Assembly: GCA_030649345.1 (NCBI GenBank)
Contig: JAUSKK010000031.1
Coordinates: 1 to 17,570 of the forward strand
Direction: 5' to 3'
Length of the DNA stretch: 17,570 nt
Source of the DNA: Candidatus Iainarchaeum sp.
GTDB taxonomy: Archaea; Iainarchaeota; Iainarchaeia; Iainarchaeales; 0-14-0-20-34-12
In this document: positions 1 through 6,789 of the stretch, in pieces
How the letters are laid out: the number at the start of each line of letters is the position of its first letter
Numbering within the stretch: the first letter of the stretch is position 1
Translations under genes and position numbers: made by a program
Notes under the pieces: model-generated
Told to the model about the DNA's origin: nothing
Databases searched by the model: none
Seen by the model: only the letters and a program-made list of their open reading frames with translations

Positions 1-1
1 T

Positions 2-1978
2 TTTACGGTTGGAAAAATTATTGATGTAGTCATTGAAAGCAATGGCTGTCTCCAGCTTACTGCTCCTGAAGATTATAATTTCAATTTCTTAGAAACTGCA
101 GAACAGCCAGGAACTTTTTTGAATACTTGCAGAGATCAAATCAATGCCTTAATGTATCCTGCATTCACTTCCTTAATGTATCCTGCATTCACTTGGCATT
201 TTGATTCCTCGGTTGGCTTGAATGTTTTAGATCCATTACCCCAAGATGCTTATTATTGTTTTATGGATGGTTCTGCTGAACTAAAAGCTACAGCATTTCC
301 TGGTTTTAAATATCCTGGAGATTTTGCAGTCTATTCTGAAACGCCAGCTGAATCTTTGATTACTGATATTTCCAGTTCAGTTCCAGTGCCTTTTGAAGAA
401 GGTCCAACTCAAGTTTGGGTAGATGATGGAATGGGTTTACAATATTCAGTTACCCCCAATCGAGTATTTTCGGCATTGGATAGAGAAGTGCAAGCTAATA
501 TGTATAGTCAACGCAATTCAAATCCAATTAATTTTTCGAATGTTACTGGTATTATTGATTTTACTAATCAGTTTATTGGAGAAAATTCAAATATTTTTGA
601 TTCAGTTCTTGACCGATTTATGGACGTATTTAATCAAAACGTTGGAATTAATACTGTTCTTAATTATTCTGCTTACAATCAATTGCATGATTTGTTTGTT
701 GAAAAATTAAAACAAAAAGTTGCAGCTAAGTTTATGCTTTCAAATAATTGTGTTATTGACTCAATGTTAAATAATGTTGTTGACGGTCCACTCTTTACAA
801 ATGCATTTAATACAAAACTACGTAGCCTTGATTTAGCTAACTATAATCCTGGGTTGCCAGAAAACCAAATTACTTCTGAAGTTTGCGACAATATAATCAA
901 TACAGCAGATAATTGTTATTATCGTGAAGGGCAATGCGAAGCGCATTGTCGGCAGGAAGATAGTTGTTTAGATCAATGTGAACGTGAATTTAAAACTTGC
1001 ATGCAACCTTTAGCTGACCAATATTTTCCAATCGATCAAAGTTTACCTATTGATCAGAGAGTTTTGGACCGAGATCAACAAGTTCATAAAGTAGAAGAAT
1101 TATATTCATTTTGTCAAAGTGTAAATCGAATTGTGACTAATTTAGATGAAATTTCATCCAATATAGAAACTGTTTTTGCAGAATTAAATCCAGAAATGGA
1201 TCAAGTAGCTAGTAATTTTGTTAATCGATTGAATTCAAAATTCCGAACTCTCAATGCCTCTTTCACAGTTTCAGATTTGATACCCTCTAAAGTGTCTACT
1301 GGTGAAGCAAATTCATTTGCAGCAAGTGAGCTTCAACTTACTGCGCTTACAGAATTTAATGATGGCTTATTGCGTTCATATAATTCCAACATAGGTCCTT
1401 ATTTTGATAGTTCTGCGTTTGAGGGTATTTGGATACATTTACAAGATCGAATTGATAATTTATTTGAGTCTTTGCAGCCTCAAAGTTGTAGTTATTTTAA
1501 TCTAAGAAATTCTTTTTCAAATTATGTAAAACAAGAAGTTTCTGCTCAGCTGCAAGCTGGTTTAACTCAAGGTGAAAACAGGACTCAACCACAACAAAGT
1601 GTATATGTCACAATTTACAATGATAATTCACAATCGTTTGATCACTTTCTTGAAAATTTTGTGGAAGATATGGACTATGCGTATGGGCTTGAAAATGATT
1701 CGTATTTAATGAAAGATATTGCTGTTGAAATTATTTCTGACAATCCAGATATTGCTTATGATTTTGGAATCGATGCAGTTTATGCTCGGTATACGGGCGA
1801 AAATATTTGTCCGAATACTCCAGTGAATATTTCAAATGTAAATTTTACTTTAACCAATTATGGTTTAACCAAAGATGAATATGCTGATTTAGAAATCTCT
1901 GATGCAATTACTCAAACTGGAAGAACCTACACTGACATTATTGACAATGAACCAGACTTGGAGGGTGTTGTTCAATGA
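2..1978 (+). CDS. 5'-truncated large hypothetical extracytoplasmic protein (Asn/Ser/Asp-rich, central Cys cluster)
   Basis: Frame 2 has no stop codon from nt 2 to the TTG at 119 that the ORF track uses as a start. It translates as FTVGKIIDVVIESNGCLQLTAPEDYNFNFLETAEQPGTFL..., so the gene most likely begins upstream of the window. It is a long uninterrupted ORF ending at TGA 1976-1978. It has many N-x-S/T sequons (NFS, NVT, NYS, NAS, NRT, NDS, NIS, NFT) and a Cys cluster, and no TM segment in the visible part. I recognise no family. Confidence 0.6.
   Translation, partial: FTVGKIIDVVIESNGCLQLTAPEDYNFNFLETAEQPGTFLNTCRDQINALMYPAFTSLMYPAFTWHFDSSVGLNVLDPLPQDAYYCFMDGSAELKATAFPGFKYPGDFAVYSETPAESLITDISSSVPVPFEEGPTQVWVDDGMGLQYSVTPNRVFSALDREVQANMYSQRNSNPINFSNVTGIIDFTNQFIGENSNIFDSVLDRFMDVFNQNVGINTVLNYSAYNQLHDLFVEKLKQKVAAKFMLSNNCVIDSMLNNVVDGPLFTNAFNTKLRSLDLANYNPGLPENQITSEVCDNIINTADNCYYREGQCEAHCRQEDSCLDQCEREFKTCMQPLADQYFPIDQSLPIDQRVLDRDQQVHKVEELYSFCQSVNRIVTNLDEISSNIETVFAELNPEMDQVASNFVNRLNSKFRTLNASFTVSDLIPSKVSTGEANSFAASELQLTALTEFNDGLLRSYNSNIGPYFDSSAFEGIWIHLQDRIDNLFESLQPQSCSYFNLRNSFSNYVKQEVSAQLQAGLTQGENRTQPQQSVYVTIYNDNSQSFDHFLENFVEDMDYAYGLENDSYLMKDIAVEIISDNPDIAYDFGIDAVYARYTGENICPNTPVNISNVNFTLTNYGLTKDEYADLEISDAITQTGRTYTDIIDNEPDLEGVVQ
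147..194 (+). repeat. Perfect 2 x 24-bp in-frame tandem duplication inside the first CDS
   Basis: ccttaatgtatcctgcattcactt occurs at 147-170 and again, identically, at 171-194. It encodes (A/S)LMYPAFT twice. Confidence 0.95.
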
Positions 1979-4014
1979 AATATAGTGCTATTACTTTAAT
2001 TGCATTGCTTGTTTTATTTTCTTTACCTGTTTTGGCTCAAGTACAAGTCACTAAAGAAACAGATGTGTTAGTTTTAACTGCAGGAGTTCCTGTTCAAAAA
2101 GTTTATTTAGGAAACGATTTTACTTCCACTCAATTAACTTGGTATGTTTGGAATATTTCCAATAAGCCTTTGTATTTACTGCAAGCCAAAGTTTCAGGAG
2201 TTAGCGGCTGCAAATATAATTTTTTTCCAGTATCTCCAAGTTCAGGAAATGGTTTTTTTAACTGCAATTTTGCAAATACTTTACCTCAACAAGGTTCTCT
2301 AGAACCAGTTATAGTTTATCCTGGAAGAATTTATCAAATTCCAGTAACTTTAACACGCTCCCTGAGAGTTAATTCAACTTTAAGTTTTCCACTTACTGTT
2401 ACAGCTGACTTAAATGTTGTTTTATCAACACATCCAGGATATTTAAGTGCAAAAGAATTCTTTCGCTTACAACCCCATGCCATGGATTCTTTTTACAGAA
2501 ACAATGGCTATGTTCGATGGAATGAACAACATTTTGTATCCAAACAATCTTGGACTCCTTTCAAAATCAAAACCAGCCTAATTGACACAGTACACTTTAA
2601 CATCAAACTCAAAGCTTCGAATGCCTGTATTTCTGGCCCTACAGCCGCACCCAAGCTTTTGTTCAATTGGCGCTTTGATGGAGTTAACGAAAACACTTGT
2701 ACAGCTGGAAATACTTTGCGTGATTCCAATTTTTGTGATTTAACCCAGTTGAGTATTTCTTTAACGCAAAGACTCCAAAAATTAAGAAACGCAGCACCCA
2801 CAGAACGCGCACGCTATTTAACTTTTGATCAATATTTGTTAGCTGACAATTATGCCAGCACTCAATTCATGCAAGACTTTAACAATTATTATACCAATCA
2901 AGCATTTTTGGGAGAAAGCGCCCCATTTTTTGCAGATGAAAGCACTGGCTGGCATAAATATTTTGCTCAAAATAAAATTGTATATGATTTAAGTGCAGTT
3001 CAAAATACTGCATTGGATTCTGTCAGCGGAAAATATTTGGCAGGCAAATATGGAATTCAATTAGAATTTGATCCAGCATTTGATTATTCATTTTTCCAAA
3101 ACAACAATCCAACTACTATTGTTCGCGTACGATTTACAAATTTTGAACCAGTCCAATATCAAACTCCTTTGCATTCTTTTGCCTTTGATGGAAAAGTTGG
3201 ACAAGAAACTCGAAGAGATTACGGAACTGGATTTGCACCCCAAGGAACTCAGCCAAGTTTAAACATTGCAGATGATTTTGTTTTATCTACTGCGAATAGT
3301 TCAACTATTTTTTCTAAAACCAATTATGCCTATTCTTTGAACGAAAATTCATTTGATGGAAATGTATTGAAAGTAACAGAAATTAACTCAGCTACTTTTG
3401 CTTTTGATTTTGCTCCAACCCAAGCCAATCCAGTTTTATTGGGCGGCTTGCAAAACAGAGCTTATTATACTATTTTAGATGAATCTGGAACTCAAGTGAA
3501 TAAAAACAGAATCAATAAGCTAACCTTGGCCTATGCAGAACATGGAACTTGTTCGAATAGAGCAACAGTCATTCCTGAGACTGTTTTAAACAATGCTGAA
3601 GGAGAAAATTGCAGAGTTGAACACGGATATGGTTTTAATATTCCAGTACTCGAAAAATCATTTTACACCACTGTATTGTATACTCCGTATGGCAGAAATT
3701 ATTCCATTGCCAGTGCCTGCAATTCCAGAGATACGCAAATACTTGCTACCCCATCCAATACCATTGCACCCTATGAAACCAATACCATTGCTTTATCCAA
3801 CACTTTAGACAAAGCCAACTCAGTGCAAGAATTAATTGAATTAATCAGAAATGAACGATTGTGCATGAAACCAGCTCAAGGAACAGACACAACTTGGGCT
3901 TATTATTGGAATGAAGGAAGAATTTTACTATCTTTGGATAGTATCAAAGAAAGATTCAATCGAGATTTTTCCATTAATTTAGAAGACATTAAATGCCCTA
4001 GAGATGAATCTTAA
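1975..4014 (+). CDS. Hypothetical secreted protein, 679 aa, with N-terminal signal peptide
   Basis: The ATG at 1975 overlaps the upstream TGA (ATGA, 1975-1978), and GGAGG at 1960-1964 sits inside the end of the upstream gene. The N-terminus MKYSAITLIALLVLFSLPVLA|QVQ looks like a cleavable signal peptide. There is no further TM segment. The mature part has 10 Cys and several N-x-S/T sequons (NIS, NST, NSS, NYS). No family recognised. Confidence 0.7.
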   Translation: MKYSAITLIALLVLFSLPVLAQVQVTKETDVLVLTAGVPVQKVYLGNDFTSTQLTWYVWNISNKPLYLLQAKVSGVSGCKYNFFPVSPSSGNGFFNCNFANTLPQQGSLEPVIVYPGRIYQIPVTLTRSLRVNSTLSFPLTVTADLNVVLSTHPGYLSAKEFFRLQPHAMDSFYRNNGYVRWNEQHFVSKQSWTPFKIKTSLIDTVHFNIKLKASNACISGPTAAPKLLFNWRFDGVNENTCTAGNTLRDSNFCDLTQLSISLTQRLQKLRNAAPTERARYLTFDQYLLADNYASTQFMQDFNNYYTNQAFLGESAPFFADESTGWHKYFAQNKIVYDLSAVQNTALDSVSGKYLAGKYGIQLEFDPAFDYSFFQNNNPTTIVRVRFTNFEPVQYQTPLHSFAFDGKVGQETRRDYGTGFAPQGTQPSLNIADDFVLSTANSSTIFSKTNYAYSLNENSFDGNVLKVTEINSATFAFDFAPTQANPVLLGGLQNRAYYTILDESGTQVNKNRINKLTLAYAEHGTCSNRATVIPETVLNNAEGENCRVEHGYGFNIPVLEKSFYTTVLYTPYGRNYSIASACNSRDTQILATPSNTIAPYETNTIALSNTLDKANSVQELIELIRNERLCMKPAQGTDTTWAYYWNEGRILLSLDSIKERFNRDFSINLEDIKCPRDES

Positions 4015-4015
4015 T

Positions 4016-5233
4016 TCAATTCGTTAAATCAGCAGTTTGCGCGCAAGCTTTCAATATTTTTTTAGAATCCAGTAAAACTTTAATTAATTTAGTTTGTCCT
4101 CTTTGTCCCTTTCCGCTCATAATGGTTGAAATTAATCCGTACATTTCCAATTCATTCAAATATTCTCGATACCATCGGCCTGAAATAATGGAAACCTTTT
4201 CTTCTTTAGCCATGCTTTGATATTTTTCAAACACTTCTCCAGATAACAAAACAGCTTCTTCGCGGGAACTTCCATGCAATGATTGAACTCCTTTTTTTTC
4301 TCCAGCCAAAACAGCAATGCTTTTCAAAACCCTTTGCTGCTGCTCCGGTAGACATGAAATCATTTCAAAAGCAATTTCTTCTTCTACACTTTTCTTAGCC
4401 AACTCAATTTCTTTATCCGTAATTTTAGTCAAACCCTTTTTTTCTGCCAGCTCAGCACCTTTTAACAAAAACAACACAGCTGTTCTAGCATCCCCGCTTT
4501 CTTTGGCAGCCAAAGCAGCAGCCAATCTTAACGCAGAATCTTCCACAATTTTATTCTTTAAAGCAATTTCTGCTCTTTGCCGCAAAATTTCAGTTAATTC
4601 TTCAGCATTGTACGGTGGAAAAATTAATTCGCGTTCACACAAACTGCTTTTAGTTCTCGGATCCAATTTATCTTTAAAATTTAGTTTATTGCTGATTCCT
4701 AAAATCGAAATACTTCCATTTTTCAAATCATCATTGGCTCGAGTCAAAGAATAAACACATTCATCCAAGTCTTTAATCATATCAATTTCGTCTAAAACCA
4801 AAACCAAATGACTTTTGGTTTCATTTACATATTCCATGACTTTTTCAAACACAAAAGTTGCACTATATCCTAAAAAGTTTTCTTTCGGAAACAATTCTTT
4901 TACTGCCTTGCTTAAAACTTTATACTTTGAATTATACGTTCTGCAGTTCATGTAAGCGCTTGCAAAATTTCCTTGCTTGCTTTTCATGGCTTGCAGTAAA
5001 TGTTCTACTACCAATTTGCTGGCTGCAGTTTTGCCAGTGCCAGTTTTTCCATAGAGGAAAATATTACTTGGTTTTTCATTTCTTAAAATTACAGCCAAAG
5101 AATCTACTAAGTTTTCCATTTGTTTTTCTCGAAACAATAAATGTTCCGGAGTATAATGAGGCAATAAAGCATTTCGGTTTAAGAAAATGGTTTCTTTGTT
5201 TAAATGTTCAGTAAATAAGTTTTCGGAAGACAT
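4016..5233 (-). CDS. cdc6: Orc1/Cdc6 replication initiator (AAA+ ATPase with C-terminal winged helix)
   Basis: Walker A GKTGTGKT, Walker B LVLVLDEID, sensor-1-like ISILGISN, and the typical Orc1/Cdc6 N-terminal phrasing (LNRNALLPHYTPEHLLFREKQMENL). Start moved to the ATG at 5233 (MSSENLF...) because the track's 27-codon extension runs into the AT-rich intergenic repeat region. A TATA-like TTTTTATC (complement of 5263-5270) lies about 30 nt upstream of 5233. Confidence 0.9.
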   Translation of the reverse strand: MSSENLFTEHLNKETIFLNRNALLPHYTPEHLLFREKQMENLVDSLAVILRNEKPSNIFLYGKTGTGKTAASKLVVEHLLQAMKSKQGNFASAYMNCRTYNSKYKVLSKAVKELFPKENFLGYSATFVFEKVMEYVNETKSHLVLVLDEIDMIKDLDECVYSLTRANDDLKNGSISILGISNKLNFKDKLDPRTKSSLCERELIFPPYNAEELTEILRQRAEIALKNKIVEDSALRLAAALAAKESGDARTAVLFLLKGAELAEKKGLTKITDKEIELAKKSVEEEIAFEMISCLPEQQQRVLKSIAVLAGEKKGVQSLHGSSREEAVLLSGEVFEKYQSMAKEEKVSIISGRWYREYLNELEMYGLISTIMSGKGQRGQTKLIKVLLDSKKILKACAQTADLTN

Positions 5234-5540
5234 AGTTTCACTTAAATTAACCAGTGAGTATTGGATAAAAAGCTGTCTGTAATGAATGTTGTGCATATTT
5301 AGCATAATTAACATATTGCTTTATTCAGTACAACATTCATTATTATTGTTTCCTGGCGAGTAAATAAAAAGGTATTGAGTTTTGTTTCCAGCTTTAGGTT
5401 TAAATAAAAGTTCAATTTCTAGAACAAGATCGCAGTAAGCTTTAAATAGTATTTGCGGAACAAAATATAGCATAAAATATGTTTATTCGCGCAAAATAGC
5501 TTTTTTTAGGGGCTGAATTGCCGAACTATGGGGTGAAAGA
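5234..5540. other. Long AT-rich divergent intergenic region: candidate replication origin plus orc1/cdc6 and sepF promoters
   Basis: At 307 bp it is the longest non-coding stretch in a window where most genes are separated by 0-120 bp, and it lies directly upstream of orc1/cdc6. It contains a 13-bp perfect inverted repeat, two 36-40-bp-spaced direct repeat pairs and a very AT-rich core (5293-5345). Confidence 0.45.
5280..5342. repeat. Perfect 13-bp inverted repeat flanking a 37-bp AT-rich spacer
   Basis: taatgaatgttgt (5280-5292) is the exact reverse complement of acaacattcatta (5330-5342). Confidence 0.9.
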
Positions 5541-5906
5541 ATGGCTTTATTTGATAAAGTTTTTAAAAGTAAAACAGACGATGCAGATGTAGAAGAATTT
5601 TTGAATGCTTTGGACGAACAAGAAGACACAACACCAGATGCAGATGCTTTGGTAAAACCAATGTCTTTGAATGACGACCAAGACTGCGAAGCAGTAGTTA
5701 AAGAAGCAAAAGCAGGCAATATTGTTTTGTTAAACATTGAAGCTTTAGCTAAACGAAATGCCATGAAATTACGCGAATTGGTCACAGTCTTAAAAGGCCA
5801 AGTTGGAGCTATGGACGGAGATATTGCACGAATTTCTCACGACCGAATTTTAGTTACTCCAACCCGAGTTAAAATTATTAAAAAACGCGAAACTATGGAA
5901 CGTTAA
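5541..5906 (+). CDS. sepF: Archaeal SepF-like cell division protein (FtsZ membrane anchor family, DUF552-type)
   Basis: 121 aa. It has an N-terminal amphipathic MALFDKVFKSK, an acidic linker, then the SepF core pattern (VKPMSLNDDQDCEAVVKEAKAGNIVLLNIEAL...LKGQVGAMDGDIARISHDRILVTPTRVKI). GGTGA at 5532-5536 lies 4 nt before the ATG. Confidence 0.8.
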   Translation: MALFDKVFKSKTDDADVEEFLNALDEQEDTTPDADALVKPMSLNDDQDCEAVVKEAKAGNIVLLNIEALAKRNAMKLRELVTVLKGQVGAMDGDIARISHDRILVTPTRVKIIKKRETMER

Positions 5907-5932
5907 ATCGTTCCATTTTCTTTTTCTTTTTT
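5895..5932 (+). terminator. Hairpin plus T-rich tract after sepF
   Basis: atggaacg (5895-5902) pairs with cgttccat (5909-5916) around a 6-nt loop that contains the sepF stop codon. It is followed by tttctttttcttttttct. Confidence 0.55.
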
Positions 5933-5975
5933 CTGTTTATTATTTGTTAAATATGCACATTGCTCATTTTTAACA

Positions 5976-5983
5976 TTTAAATA
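5976..5983 (+). promoter_or_regulatory. TATA-box-like element for the 6007 gene (leaderless-type spacing)
   Basis: tttaaata ends 24 nt upstream of the ATG at 6007, and there is no SD-like purine run in between. Confidence 0.4.
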
Positions 5984-6006
5984 CAAGTTTTACCTTAGTA
6001 TGTTCT

Positions 6007-6789
6007 ATGCAATTCACGAAACCGTTTCCTAAAATTTTAGATGACAAAAAACAAATCACTCAAACCGTATCTCAAGTCATTCAAAGCAAGCATTGGAAAG
6101 ATTTTGTTGTCGAAAAACCTTTCTTGATTTTGGTTCCTTTTTCTGTATTTGAATTTGAAGCTTTTACTGAAAAAATTATAGAAGGAAAAGGAAATATTGT
6201 TTCCAATGTTATTCATAAAAGTACTGCTTTGAATTCTGTGACTTTAGAATTAAACGAAGAACTTTCGAATATTTTATTGAATGCTTCTGAATATTCGTTG
6301 TCTGAAAACGAACCGTATTCTTTATTGAAGCAAAAAATTGAATCTAAAGAATTGAAATCTTTGGCTTTGATTCGGTTGTCTCAAAAATATTCAGTGGATC
6401 GAACCAAAATTATTATTTTGCAATTCAAAGAAGTATATTTTCCCATGTGGAAAATTGTTTGTACCATTGCAGATCATTCTTTGGATATTTTTGTAAACAG
6501 TGCAACTGGAGAAGTTATGAATTCAGAAACTATCCCGGAACGCGAAAAAGGATGGATGGAAATTACTCAAGAAACTTTGAATGATTTAAAAAACCCTCAA
6601 GCTTGGATTATTTACTCTCAAGAAATCATGTCATCCATTGTTCCAGAAAAACAGCCTTTGGCTCCAACAGTTCGTTCTTCGAATTCTTCTTTTTTTGAAA
6701 ACTTTAAAAAATCAATCACCAATTCAGATGTTCAATTGGTTGTTTTGATTGTAATTTTGTTTGCTTTGATTTATTTAGCAACCCATTAA
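6007..6789 (+). CDS. Hypothetical tail-anchored membrane protein (260 aa)
   Basis: No signal peptide. A single hydrophobic helix LVVLIVILFALIYLA ends two residues from the C-terminus. It has its own TATA-like element. Its stop TAA (6787-6789) overlaps the convergent DP2 stop. No family recognised. The segment EVYFPMWKIVCTIADHSLDIFVNSATGEVMN is only vaguely PepSY-like. Confidence 0.6.
   Translation: MQFTKPFPKILDDKKQITQTVSQVIQSKHWKDFVVEKPFLILVPFSVFEFEAFTEKIIEGKGNIVSNVIHKSTALNSVTLELNEELSNILLNASEYSLSENEPYSLLKQKIESKELKSLALIRLSQKYSVDRTKIIILQFKEVYFPMWKIVCTIADHSLDIFVNSATGEVMNSETIPEREKGWMEITQETLNDLKNPQAWIIYSQEIMSSIVPEKQPLAPTVRSSNSSFFENFKKSITNSDVQLVVLIVILFALIYLATH

Noticed and set aside
423-710. 95-aa ORF in an alternative frame inside the first large CDS. 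The same applies to 3068-3262 and 3593-3808 inside the second CDS, and to the antisense ORF at 2508-2801.
   Set aside because: They are fully nested in much longer ORFs. Their translations are low-complexity Leu/Ile/Phe-rich strings typical of off-frame reading of AT-rich DNA. They have no SD or TATA context.
4317-5214. Plus-strand ORFs 4317-4754 and 4858-5214, antisense to orc1/cdc6.
   Set aside because: The minus strand encodes a motif-complete Orc1/Cdc6. The antisense products are Ser/Leu/Phe-rich with no recognisable motifs.
5234-5314. 27-codon N-terminal extension of Orc1/Cdc6 proposed by the ORF track (MLIMLNMHNIHYRQLF...).
   Set aside because: The extension is hydrophobic and low-complexity, covers the inverted repeat and a TATA-like element, and is not typical of Orc1 N-termini. 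The ATG at 5233 gives a canonical MSSENLF... start.
5483-5785. 100-aa minus-strand ORF overlapping the sepF start region.
   Set aside because: It is antisense to a well-supported SepF CDS, is Ser/Ala-rich, and has no start context.
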